A stretch of 64,000 bases of DNA from an uncultured Solirubrobacterales bacterium (GCA_963695835.1 CAVOHR010000001.1:855259-919258), one strand, 5' to 3'; shown: positions 17,417 to 26,670, counted from the first letter of the stretch. Notes: a model not told the origin generated them from the sequence alone. Numbers and translations: made by a program.

Positions 17417-18313
17417 ATGCCGTGGCGACTCGCCGATCGAACGCTCGACCTCGCCCGTCCGCTGGCGGCGGGGATCGTCAACGTCACCGCCGACTCGATG
17501 TTCGAGGGGGCGCGCAGCGGAACCGCGGAGCGGGCCGTAGAGGACGGGCTGGAGCTGGTCGAGGCGGGCTTCGACATGCTCGACGTCGGGGCGGTGGCGG
17601 CGCGCAGCGGGCCACCGGTCGAGGCCGAGGCAGAGGCGGCGGCGCTGATCCCGGCGATCGAGGGGCTGGCGGCGACGGGCGTGCCGGTCTCGGCCGACAC
17701 CTTCTCGGTCGAAGTGGCGCGGCGGGCGCTCGACGCCGGCGCGGTGGCGATCAACGACATCTCGGGCGGGTCGGAGGAGATGTTCGAGCTGGTCGCCGAG
17801 CGCGGTTGCGGCTACGTGCTGATGCATATCGAGGGGCCGCCGCGGGTCGCGCGGCCGCCGCGCCGCTACGACGACGTCGTCGACCACCTGAAGTCGTGGC
17901 TGGGGGGGAGAGTCGAGGTTGCCTCGCGGCTTGGAGTAGATGTGGAGCAGATCGCGATCGACCCGGGACTGGACTTCGACCTGACCGTCGAGCAGGACCT
18001 GGAGCTGCTGCGGCGGCTGCCCGAGCTGCGTTCGCTGGGGCTGCCGCTGTACGTCTCGCTGTCCCGCAAGGACTTCGTCGGCGTGGTGCTCGGCGGCTCC
18101 TGGGAGGGGCGAGTGCCGGCCGGCGAGCGCGAGTGGGGGACGGTCGCGGCGGTCGCGCTGGCGGTGCGGGCGGGCGCCGACGCACTGCGCATCCACGACC
18201 GCAGCTCGCTGCAGGCGGTGCGGGTGGCGGGTCGGATCGTGCGCCGGGGCGGCGTCTGTGACGACTTGTTCTCGCATAGCGAGAACAAGTCGTCACAGGG
18301 GAGTCCGGGATAG
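17417..18313 (+). CDS. folP: Dihydropteroate synthase
   Basis: GIVNVTADSMFEG, DMLDVGA, AINDISGG and RIHD motifs. The last ~20 codons run through a 20-bp perfect hairpin. Confidence 0.85.
   Translation: MPWRLADRTLDLARPLAAGIVNVTADSMFEGARSGTAERAVEDGLELVEAGFDMLDVGAVAARSGPPVEAEAEAAALIPAIEGLAATGVPVSADTFSVEVARRALDAGAVAINDISGGSEEMFELVAERGCGYVLMHIEGPPRVARPPRRYDDVVDHLKSWLGGRVEVASRLGVDVEQIAIDPGLDFDLTVEQDLELLRRLPELRSLGLPLYVSLSRKDFVGVVLGGSWEGRVPAGEREWGTVAAVALAVRAGADALRIHDRSSLQAVRVAGRIVRRGGVCDDLFSHSENKSSQGSPG
18256..18298. repeat. Perfect 20-bp-stem hairpin (3-nt loop) inside the folP 3' end
   Basis: ctgtgacgacttgttctcgc-ata-gcgagaacaagtcgtcacag, 15 bp upstream of the helicase GTG at 18313. Confidence 0.8.
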
Positions 18314-20589
18314 TGGCGAAGAGCCTGCTGGAGACTCCCTGGGCGATCGCGATCGACCCGGCGCGGCGGGACGGGCGGATCGTCGCCGAGTCCTCCGAGG
18401 ACGCGCGTCCCTCGAAGCCGGTGGCGATGCCGCGCTCGCTCGACCCGGGCCTGGTCGAGGCGCTGCGCCGAGCGGGGATCGAGCGCCTCTACTCGCACCA
18501 GCGCGAGGCGCTGCGCGCCGCCGCCGCCTCGAACCTGGCGATCACCAGCGGCACCGCCTCGGGCAAGAGCCTCGCCTTCAACCTGCCGGTGCTCGACGGG
18601 ATCGCCCGCGACCCCAAGCGCCGCGCCCTCTACCTCTACCCGACCAAGGCGCTGGCCCAGGACCAGGCGCGCAAGCTCGCCGCGCTGCGCCCGCCGGGAC
18701 TGCGCGAGGCGATCTACGACGGCGACACGCCGCGCGAGGAGCGGCCGGCGATCCGCCGCCGCAACAACCTCGTCCTCACCAACCCCGACATGCTGCACGT
18801 CGGCCTGCTGCCGAACCACAAGAGCTGGGGCGACTTCCTCGCCAACCTCGGCTGGGTCGTGGTCGACGAGGCGCACACCTACCGCGGCGTCTTCGGCTCG
18901 CACGTCGCCAACGTGCTGCGGCGGCTGCGGCGGGTGGCGCGGGCCTACGGCGCCGAGCCGCGCTTCCTGCTCGCCTCGGCGACGATCGCCAACCCGCTCG
19001 AGCTGGCCGAGGGCTTGGTCGGCGAGCCGTTCGAGCTGATCGACGACGACGGCGCGCCGCGGGCGGGGCGCGAGATCGCGATGTGGAACCCGCCGCTGAT
19101 CGACAAGGCCAGCGGCACGCGGCGCTCGGCGCTCTCGGAGGCGGCGGACCTGCTCGCCGAGCTGGTCTCCCAGGGCGTGCGGACGATCTGCTTCCTCAAA
19201 AGCCGCCGCGGGATCGAGCTGATCCAGCGCTTCGCCGGGGAGTCGCTTCAGCGCCGCGGCAAGCCCGAGCTGGCGGAGCGGATCGCCCCCTACCGCGGCG
19301 GCTACACGCCGCAGCAGCGGCGCGAGATCGAGGCGCGCCTGGCGGCCGGCGAGCTGCTCGCGGTGGTGGCGACCGACGCGCTCGAGCTGGGAATCGACAT
19401 CGGCGAGCTGGACGCGGCGATCTGCGTCACCTTCCCGGGCACCGTCGCCAGCCTGCGGCAGATGTGGGGACGGGCCGGGCGGCAGCGGCGCGGCCTCGCC
19501 GTCTACGTCGCCGGCGCCGACGCGCTCGACCAGTTCTTCTGCCGCCACCCGGACGAGTTCGTCGGCCGGCCGGTCGAGGCGGCGATCCTCGACCCCGAAA
19601 GCGAGCAGATCGCGGCGCGGCATCTGCTCGCGGCGGCCTACGAGCTGCCGCTGAGCGCCGAGGACGACGAGGTGCTCGGGCCAGGCTGGCGCGAGCGGGC
19701 GGAGCGGCTGGTCGGCGCCGGCGAGCTGCGGCGGGCCGGCGGCCGGCTGCTGCCACGCAGCAGCGAGTTCGTCGCCGCGAAGGTGCCGCTGCGCTCGGCC
19801 TCGGCCGACTCGGTTGCGGTGATCGAGCGCGACTCGGGCGAGATGCTCGGCCTGGTCGAGGCCGAGCGCGCCTTCACGACGATCCACCCGGGCGCGGTCT
19901 ACCTCCACCTCGGGCGCTCCTACGAGGTCGAGCAGCTCGACGTCGAGGGGCGGCGGGCGATCGTCTCCCGCTTCGACGGCGACTGGTACACGCGGCCGAG
20001 GAAGGAGACGGAGATCTACATCGAGCGGGTGCGCGAGCAGCGGACTACCGCGGGGGTCGAGCTGCACTTCGGCGAGGTCTCGGTGACCGAGCAGGTGATC
20101 GCCTTCCAGCGGGTCTCGATCTCCGAGCAGGAGCCGATCGACGTGGTCGCGCTGGAGCTGCCCGAGCAGAGCTACCTGACGCAGGCGCTCTGGTACGTGC
20201 TGCCGCCGGCGCTGAGCGGGGCGCTGCCGCCCGACGTCCTGCTCGGCGCCCTGCACGCGACCGAGCACGGCCAGATCGCGGTGCTGCCGCTGATCGCGAT
20301 GTGCGACCGCTGGGACATCGGCGGCCTCTCGACCAACGTCCACTTCCAGACCGGCCGCCCGACGATCTTCGTCTACGACGGCCATCCCGGCGGGGTGGGG
20401 ATAACGCTGCGCGGCTACGAGCAGTTCGAGCGCCTGCTCGGCGACGCCGAGCGGCTGATCGCCGAGTGCCCCTGCGAGTCCGGCTGCCCCTCCTGCGTGC
20501 AGAGCCCGAAGTGCGGCAACCTGAACGAACCGCTGCACAAGGCGGGCGCGCTCGAGTTGATGCGCTCGATGCAAGACTCCGCGCCGTGA
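18313..20589 (+). CDS. SF2 DEAD/DEAH helicase with C-terminal DUF1998 Zn domain (MrfA/YprA/SftH-like)
   Basis: GTASGKS, DEAH (VVDEAHTY), helicase C motifs QMWGRAGR. C-terminal four-Cys motif CPCESGCPSCVQSPKCGNLNEPL. Confidence 0.85.
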   Translation: MAKSLLETPWAIAIDPARRDGRIVAESSEDARPSKPVAMPRSLDPGLVEALRRAGIERLYSHQREALRAAAASNLAITSGTASGKSLAFNLPVLDGIARDPKRRALYLYPTKALAQDQARKLAALRPPGLREAIYDGDTPREERPAIRRRNNLVLTNPDMLHVGLLPNHKSWGDFLANLGWVVVDEAHTYRGVFGSHVANVLRRLRRVARAYGAEPRFLLASATIANPLELAEGLVGEPFELIDDDGAPRAGREIAMWNPPLIDKASGTRRSALSEAADLLAELVSQGVRTICFLKSRRGIELIQRFAGESLQRRGKPELAERIAPYRGGYTPQQRREIEARLAAGELLAVVATDALELGIDIGELDAAICVTFPGTVASLRQMWGRAGRQRRGLAVYVAGADALDQFFCRHPDEFVGRPVEAAILDPESEQIAARHLLAAAYELPLSAEDDEVLGPGWRERAERLVGAGELRRAGGRLLPRSSEFVAAKVPLRSASADSVAVIERDSGEMLGLVEAERAFTTIHPGAVYLHLGRSYEVEQLDVEGRRAIVSRFDGDWYTRPRKETEIYIERVREQRTTAGVELHFGEVSVTEQVIAFQRVSISEQEPIDVVALELPEQSYLTQALWYVLPPALSGALPPDVLLGALHATEHGQIAVLPLIAMCDRWDIGGLSTNVHFQTGRPTIFVYDGHPGGVGITLRGYEQFERLLGDAERLIAECPCESGCPSCVQSPKCGNLNEPLHKAGALELMRSMQDSAP

Positions 20590-21083
20590 TGAGCGAGGGG
20601 CGGCGACAGGTCTCGGTGATCGGCGCGGGGGACTGCGAGCAGGACTCGGACGTGGCGCGGCTCGCCGAGGAGATCGGGAGGCGCCTGGCCGGGGAGGGCG
20701 TGACGGTCGTCTGCGGCGGCCTGACCGGCGTCATGGAGGCGGCGTCGCGCGGCGCCGCCGAGGCGGGCGGGACGGTGATCGGGATCGTGCCCTGGGACTC
20801 GCCGGCCGAGGCGAACCCGCACTGCACCTACGTCGTCTCGACCGGCATCGGCTACGCCCGCAACCTGGCGGTCGTCGCCAGCGGCGAGGCGGTGATCGCG
20901 GTCGGCGGCGAGTGGGGGACGCTGTCGGAGATCGGTCACGCCCGCCAGCTCGGCCGCACCGTCGTCGCCCTCGACAGCTGGACGCTGAAGGGTGAGGGCT
21001 CGATGGAATCGGCGCCGGGCATCGTCGCGGCCGGGAGCCCCGGAGAGGCAGTCGCGGCGGCCCTCGCGGCGATCGATTCCTGA
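20589..21083 (+). CDS. TIGR00725/LOG-like (SLOG) Rossmann protein
   Basis: VVCGGLTGVMEAASRGAAEAGG and GGEWGTLSEI motifs. The start overlaps the helicase stop (GTGATGA). Confidence 0.7.
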   Translation: MSEGRRQVSVIGAGDCEQDSDVARLAEEIGRRLAGEGVTVVCGGLTGVMEAASRGAAEAGGTVIGIVPWDSPAEANPHCTYVVSTGIGYARNLAVVASGEAVIAVGGEWGTLSEIGHARQLGRTVVALDSWTLKGEGSMESAPGIVAAGSPGEAVAAALAAIDS

Positions 21084-21158
21084 CTTTCGCGCGGAAGCCC
21101 GCTGCAACTTTTTACATTCGCTGACCACAAGTTACATTCGCCCCCGTAGTCTGGCAAC

Positions 21159-21407
21159 ATGTACGACGTGAGGGAGAGCTGGACAGACGAGCGACTGGAC
21201 GACTTCGCCGCCCATGTCGACCAGCGGTTCGACGCGGTCGACAAGCGATTCGACGAAGTCGATAGGCGCTTCGACAAGGTCGAACGTCGCATGGAGGACG
21301 GCTTCTCGCGCCTCAACAACCGGTTCGACGCGATGCAGCACACGATGATGGCGGTCGGGGGCGGCGTCATCGTCGCTCTGCTCGGGATCGTCGCGACGCA
21401 GCTCTAG
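21159..21407 (+). CDS. Small C-terminally membrane-anchored coiled-coil protein with RFD heptad repeats
   Basis: QRFDAVD-KRFDEVD-RRFDKVE-RRMEDGF...NRFDAMQ, followed by a single TM segment MMAVGGGVIVALLGIVATQL. Confidence 0.55.
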   Translation: MYDVRESWTDERLDDFAAHVDQRFDAVDKRFDEVDRRFDKVERRMEDGFSRLNNRFDAMQHTMMAVGGGVIVALLGIVATQL

Positions 21408-22842
21408 TCCAGGTCGCGGATCCCGCGCGGGCACCTGGGACGGGCCAGAGCTCTCGCAGGGCGAGGATCGCGAAGGCGTGCGACCAGGCGAGCGGCGTGG
21501 TCGACCGCGGGACGCCGGTGTGCGCGTCGACCCTCTCGGGGAGGAGGCCCGCGGGCGTTGCGGCGTGCCGCAGATCGCCCATCAGCCGCAGCGCCGCGCG
21601 CCGGTCCCGCAAGGCGGTTCCGCGGAACCGCCCTGGCTCGGCGGCCGAGAGCGCCGCGAGGCTCCACGCCGTCCAGGCGGTCGGCGCGGTCCAGGGATCG
21701 TCGCCGCCGCTCCAGTCTTCGGAGGGGACGATGCCGTAGCGGGTGGCGTGGGCGGCCGGCCGCAGGAGGGTGCGGCGGGCGAGCGGAAAGAGCGCCTGGA
21801 GCCGGAAGGGCCGTACCGCCCAGGCGGCGGCCGAGTCGAGGCCCGAGCTCCGGTTGCCGGCAACCCGAACCAGCTCGCCGCCGCCGCCAAACGCCGTCGC
21901 AATCCCCCGTTCCTCCCGCCGGCGGGCCGTTGAGGCGATCGCGTTGGCGAGATAGTCGCCGGCGTCACCCTCCTGGTAGTCGGCTCGGTCTCGCCAGGCG
22001 TAGTCGGCGCGAGGCGGCGGCAGGCCGGCGGCACGCGCGGCCGCCGCAACCCAGCCGGCCGCGTCGCCCTGGGCCGCGCGTCCCGGTACCGGCTCGCCGG
22101 TTCCGCGGAACCGCGCGGCGGCGGAGAGGTCCAGCCCGAGCAGGAACCGGGCGACGCGACGAGCCTCGCCGCGGTAGCCGGCGGAGGCGAACGCCATCGC
22201 CACGGCGCTCGCGTCGCGCGGCCAGACGTAGGCCCAGCCTTCGCGCGCTCCGGCGGCGACGGCGCCCGTCCTCCGATCGGTCAGCGCCCGCAGCACGAGC
22301 AGCGAACGCCGGTACATCGCCCGCGCCCAGCGTGGCGCGGCGGCGCCCAGCGGTCGCGCTCGCGCGAGCCAGCGGCGGTCGGCGGTCGGCGCTCCCGACC
22401 CGCCGATCGATCGCACGACCACCTTCGTCCTTCCTCGCAGGTGCGCCACGGTCCGCAGCACGTTGGTCCCGGGCAGGTAGCTCTGAGTGACGGATTCCGC
22501 CCGCCAGAGCGGGATCGATCGACCTTCGATCCGCATTCGAGCGACGATCCCGGTGTCCGACGGCACGCTGCCGGCCGCCTGCCCGGCGGACGGGTTGAAG
22601 ATCAGCGAGCGGCCGGCCGGGCCCGGTGCCCAGCGACCGACCACGTCGCCGTAGGCGTCGACCGCGCCGGTCCGACCGCCGTCGCCGACCACGGCCGTGC
22701 CAAGGAACGGCGGCGGCAGCCCGGGCAGCGCCGGCGGCGTCCGCGGATCGGCCCGCGTGCCGCCCGACAGCAGAACCAGAGCGACCAAGCCGACCGTCCC
22801 GAGGGCGACGCCTGCACGAGTCCAAGCCACGAGCCAATCCAA
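21367..22842 (-). CDS. Glycoside hydrolase family 15 (glucoamylase-like), secreted
   Basis: GWAYVWPRDAS motif, N-terminal TM/signal segment, (alpha/alpha)6-type length. Confidence 0.7.
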   Translation of the reverse strand: MDWLVAWTRAGVALGTVGLVALVLLSGGTRADPRTPPALPGLPPPFLGTAVVGDGGRTGAVDAYGDVVGRWAPGPAGRSLIFNPSAGQAAGSVPSDTGIVARMRIEGRSIPLWRAESVTQSYLPGTNVLRTVAHLRGRTKVVVRSIGGSGAPTADRRWLARARPLGAAAPRWARAMYRRSLLVLRALTDRRTGAVAAGAREGWAYVWPRDASAVAMAFASAGYRGEARRVARFLLGLDLSAAARFRGTGEPVPGRAAQGDAAGWVAAAARAAGLPPPRADYAWRDRADYQEGDAGDYLANAIASTARRREERGIATAFGGGGELVRVAGNRSSGLDSAAAWAVRPFRLQALFPLARRTLLRPAAHATRYGIVPSEDWSGGDDPWTAPTAWTAWSLAALSAAEPGRFRGTALRDRRAALRLMGDLRHAATPAGLLPERVDAHTGVPRSTTPLAWSHAFAILALRELWPVPGARAGSATWTRAASRRSRAERR

Positions 22843-22905
22843 GCAGCCCCACGGACGCCCCGGCCGCTAGCCTTCGCCTGCGCGGCCACCCGCGCCCTCA
22901 TCCGA

Positions 22906-22948
22906 GGCGAGGTAGCTCAGTTGGTAGAGCACACGACTGAAAATCGTG
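22906..22948 (+). pseudogene. tRNA-Phe(GAA) 5' fragment (positions 1-43), attL-like junction
   Basis: ggcgagg-ta-gctc-agttggta-gagc-a-cacga-ctgaaaa-tcgtg, then tRNA structure is lost. Together with 54315-54344 it rebuilds a perfect cloverleaf. Confidence 0.85.
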
Positions 22949-23132
22949 TGGCGTTTCGACGCAAGTGCGGTTTCGGGAGCCGCGCAAACCGCTCTGGCAA
23001 GCGGTTTACGCCCAGATACCTCCAGCGTCGTTTTGGGCGATTTCGGTGGTTTTCCGGGGTCATAGCCACTTCATAGCCACTTCGAGGGCCTTTATGTGCA
23101 GGTAGGGCAGGTTATTGCTATGGTGAAGCCAG

Positions 23133-23477
23133 ATGAAGACCCTGCACTTGGACCCTACGGCCGGCGATCAAGCCGCCCTCGTCACGGAGGAGGTCGACAG
23201 GCTGCTGCGTGAGGGCAAGCGGGTCGCCGTCACCGTGGCCGAGGAGCAGGAGCTGCTTTCGCCCCAGCAGGCCGCCGAGCGGCTCGGCTTCTCCCGCCAG
23301 CACGTGATGCGCCTGATCGGCTACGGCGAGTTGTCCGCGCAGCAGCTGCCAGGTTCGAGCTACTGGAAGGTTCAGCTCGGCTCGGTGCTCGCTTTCGAGG
23401 AGCGCCGCGCCGAAGGCGACCACATCGCAGCCGAGTGGTCACGAGACCTCGACGCGATGGGCGCACCGCCCGAGTGA
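23133..23477 (+). CDS. Excisionase-type HTH DNA-binding protein, probable antitoxin of the downstream PIN protein
   Basis: LSPQQAAERLGFSRQHVMRLIGYGEL HTH. The stop overlaps the next start (GTGA). Confidence 0.65.
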   Translation: MKTLHLDPTAGDQAALVTEEVDRLLREGKRVAVTVAEEQELLSPQQAAERLGFSRQHVMRLIGYGELSAQQLPGSSYWKVQLGSVLAFEERRAEGDHIAAEWSRDLDAMGAPPE

Positions 23478-24040
23478 GCCGTACAGACCCGCCGCGCGCG
23501 GTCCTCGACACCGACATCATCTTCTCGCGCGTCCTGCATGATCTGATCGGGCGCGTCGCCAAACGCCTGCGGCTGCTCGACCTCGTCTGGAGCGAGGAGC
23601 TGCTGGCCGAGGCAAAGCGGTCGCTGATCGAGAAGAAGGGGCTGGCGGAGGAGGCCGCGGCACGCTGGGTCGACTACCTGCCGCAGAACTTCCCCGCCGG
23701 CCGCGTTGACATCTCCGCGGTCCCCGATGACCTTGAGGTTGCATCTCTGACGCGAAACCCCGACGATATCCACGTCTGCGCCCTGGCGATAGCCGGTGGC
23801 GCTGACCTCCTCTTTACCTTCGACCGCGGTTATCTGAAGGAGCCGCTGCAGCTTCATGGCGTCGAAGTTCCCAGTCTCGACCAGTTCCTCGTCGAGCAAT
23901 GCGAAGAGCAGCCGGAGGCTTTCAGGCGGATCGTCGAAAGTCAGGCCGAAGTTTGGGCGGGGGGTCAACCGGTTGACGAGCTGCTGGCGGCGCTCACGCG
24001 AGCAAACGTGCCGAATTTCGCTGCTGTCCTTGGTCCTTGA
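23474..24040 (+). CDS. PIN-domain protein (putative toxin)
   Basis: AVLDTDIIFS (first acidic residue) and NPDDIHVCALAIAGGADLLFTFD are typical of PIN folds. Coupled to the HTH gene. Confidence 0.65.
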   Translation: MSRTDPPRAVLDTDIIFSRVLHDLIGRVAKRLRLLDLVWSEELLAEAKRSLIEKKGLAEEAAARWVDYLPQNFPAGRVDISAVPDDLEVASLTRNPDDIHVCALAIAGGADLLFTFDRGYLKEPLQLHGVEVPSLDQFLVEQCEEQPEAFRRIVESQAEVWAGGQPVDELLAALTRANVPNFAAVLGP

Positions 24041-24104
24041 CCGACCTTTCGCGGTAACGGGCTTCGATATGCGGATCTGACTGGCGAACCGGCGTGGTTG
24101 GTCC

Positions 24105-24725
24105 CTACCGCCGCTTTGACTTGACTCGCTGGGTTTTGGGCTTGATCGCCGCCGCATCGCCACTCCGGGATTCGTCAGGGACGGCGAGCGGAAGCCCCTT
24201 GACCTGCTCGCGCGCCTTGCGGACGAGACGATCGAAGCTCTTGCCGTGGGAACGATTGACCCGCTGCTCCAGCTGCGCGTAGACATCCATGGTCATGGAC
24301 GAGTCGGCGTGGCCGACCTGGGCCATGACGAATTTGACATCGAATTCGTTGGCGAGCAGGGCGATCGAGATGTAGGTGCGCCGCAGGGTGTGGGGAGTCA
24401 CGTTGGGAAGCGGCGGCAGTCCCTTCTCCGCCAGACGCTCGCTTGCCAGGGTCGCAGCTTTCGTGATGATCTGTGCGACCCGCCAGCGCGACATCCGCCC
24501 GCCGCGCAGGTTCGGAACGAGGTAGGCGTTCGGTCCGGTTGGCAGTCCCGCGCGCCGCAGCCGGTCGATGTGCTCGATCACGACCTCGACCAGGTCGGGG
24601 CTCATCTCGACCTCGCGGACGCCGGTCTCGGTCTTCGCGTCGGGGATGCGAAATACGCTCTCGCCGAGATGAGCCCCGACCTGGCGACCTCCCAGATCGG
24701 CTACGGGGAGGCGGACGCGAGCAGC
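24105..24725 (-). pseudogene. Tyrosine integrase, C-terminal catalytic half only (N-terminally truncated)
   Basis: IPDAKTETGVREV, HTLRRTYIS and GHADSSMTMDVYAQ motifs. Upstream of ~24725 the frame is only the shadow of a plus-strand gene. Confidence 0.8.
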
Positions 24726-24737
24726 GAAGGTCGAGGC

Positions 24738-26090
24738 GGTTTTGCCTTCTCTGAGTGGGCTTCCCCGGACTCCTACTTCCTCGGTGTCGCCGACAAGCGG
24801 CTGCTCGTGCTCGCCACCAAGAACAACAGGCTGGTCGAGACCTCCTTCAACCTCGGCAACCACCACCGCGGCTCCGTAAGGAACGCGAGCATCTCCGGCT
24901 GGACCCTGACGGACGCCTACCTCGGCTCGGACGGCCACATCTACGCCTTGCTCGGGCGGGACAACCCGAAGCAGAGCAAGACCCGCGTGGTCATCGAGGT
25001 CCGGCAGTACGACCAGAATCTGCACCTCCTCGGCGTGGCGAAAGTGACCGGAGGCATCGACGAAATAGGCGTCTACGACGGTGTGGGCGACTCCGCTCCG
25101 GACATGGCCCTCTCCGGGACGACCCTCATCGTGCACATGTCCAGGCTGATCTTTCACATCAAGAATGACTGGGCCGATCATCACGAGGTCAATCTCTCCC
25201 TCGCCGTAGACACCACGACGATGACCGCGAGCGAAATCCCCGACAGCCCCTACGCGTCGCACTCCTTCCGTGAGTACATCGGCATCTCGGGAAACGACGT
25301 CTTCTTCATCGACCACGGCGACGCGTATCCGCGCGGCGTGCAACTCGGCGTCATGCCCGGCTATCTCGCTCCTGAACACGGCCGATTCTGGGACACCGTG
25401 GATTGTGGACCGACGGTCGGCACGCCTACCGACCCGGCGACCAGCGAACCACTGGGCGAGGACCCCTCCGATTGTTGGGCGGAACCGCGGCAGAGCGACT
25501 ACATGACCTTCACCGTGCCAAAGGACAACGCCGCCCTGGCCCACCACGACATGTCCAGCGTCAACTACACCGGAGTCACGGTGAACGGCTTCGCGGCGAC
25601 CGAAGCCGATGCGCTGATGGTCGGCCTGTCGGTCCCGAACGGCCACAAGGTAGACGGCGTGGCCTCGCACAGCTCGACCCTGATGGGAAACGTCTACCTC
25701 ACGTCCACCGACACGACGACCGGTGCCACCAGGCTGGTGTGGCTGACCAAGCGCGAGCCCAAGACGAAGAAATTCCTCGAGGAGCAGCCTGCCCTGGTGG
25801 ACCTCGGCAACGGTGACTTCGCGGTGCTCTGGGATGAGTTGCACGGCAAGCAGGTCACGATGAACTACCGGCTGGTGGACGAGACGGGCGAGATCCTAGC
25901 CAGCAAACACTGGACCGGGCACGCCTTCGCCGCGGTCGCGCAGCCCGTGCTGGCCGGAAACCAGATTTTCTGGGTCGGGGAGGGGTCGACCAAGGACAGC
26001 TATGACGTCGCGAACTACCTGTACGGCCTCGATGTCAAGAAACCGACCAAACCCGTGCTTCTGTCGCCGGAGGCCGCCCCGCTTCGTAGG
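24738..26090 (+). pseudogene. Fragment of a large hypothetical (possibly propeller-like surface) protein, no credible N-terminus
   Basis: Protein-like, lower-GC composition from GFAFSEWASPDSYFLGV to YLYGLDVKKPTKPVLLSPE. Both flanking parts of ORF 24246-26231 are Arg/Pro/Gly-rich junk. Confidence 0.45.
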
Positions 26091-26172
26091 CTCGCCGACC
26101 GGTGGCGTCCGTGGGTGACCAGCTGGGTCAGACCGCCCGTCGGGCGGTCTTTCAACAGGAGGACTGGACCAG

Positions 26173-26670
26173 TCAACCGCCGTCTTGTCCGGGGATCATC
26201 GGCACCGCCGACGGGAATACGGACGATCTGAGGGCGCCGCTGGCATGAGCGATCGTCAGATGTTCGTTGCTGGTCTCAGGTTCGATCGTCAATATCACCT
26301 GGCTCCAGTCATCGGGGACACCGTGCGGATGCCTGGGAGAGAAGTATTCGGTCAAGTAGAGCCAACCTTCGGCTTCTTCGGATTCCTCCGGTTCGAGCCA
26401 GCCGCCAGCGCCGAAGAGAATGAGACCTTCGGTGCCAGATGTGTCGGGGTCTCCTGAAAGTGACCAGCTACCTGGTGACAGGAGTTCCTGCTCTCGCCGC
26501 TGGTAGGCTGCGGCGCGCACGATGGGCCGGCGGATATATTCGCGGATGTCGAACGGCGAAGCGAGGGGACCTCGTTCCGCTCTCCCGATGCCCAAGGCCA
26601 GAAACCCATTCCGCAGCTCGGCCAGCCTGAGGCGCCATCTCGTCCGGCTATGTGTGGTGGCCGCCGGCAC
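26173..26670 (-). CDS. Hypothetical protein
   Basis: Acidic, protein-like composition (LILFGAGGWLEPEESEEAEGWLYLTEYF). The start is uncertain because it overlaps the next gene's signal peptide region. Confidence 0.3.
   Translation of the reverse strand: MPAATTHSRTRWRLRLAELRNGFLALGIGRAERGPLASPFDIREYIRRPIVRAAAYQRREQELLSPGSWSLSGDPDTSGTEGLILFGAGGWLEPEESEEAEGWLYLTEYFSPRHPHGVPDDWSQVILTIEPETSNEHLTIAHASGALRSSVFPSAVPMIPGQDGG

Noticed and set aside
21220-21290. Short tandem periodicities that might suggest a CRISPR or VNTR array (21-bp repeats at 21.2 kb, gatgtc repeats at 62040-62058, the 11-bp tandem at 23060-23081)
   Set aside because: The first two are in-frame coding repeats (RFD heptads; DIDIDID). 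None has the repeat-spacer structure of a CRISPR array, and no cas genes are present.
22949-22990. Possible continuation of the 22906 tRNA as a type-II tRNA (gcgt-ttcg-acgc hairpin plus gcggt-ttcggga-gccgc T-like arm)
   Set aside because: No 3' acceptor strand complementary to GGCGAGG follows. The T-loop has G at the conserved A58 position. The 3' half at 54315-54344 fits the 5' fragment perfectly instead.
26173-26670. Calling the 165-aa acidic protein a SUKH/SMI1-type immunity protein for a lost toxin
   Set aside because: The resemblance is only compositional. I could not identify family motifs by eye and the start is ambiguous. It is left as hypothetical.
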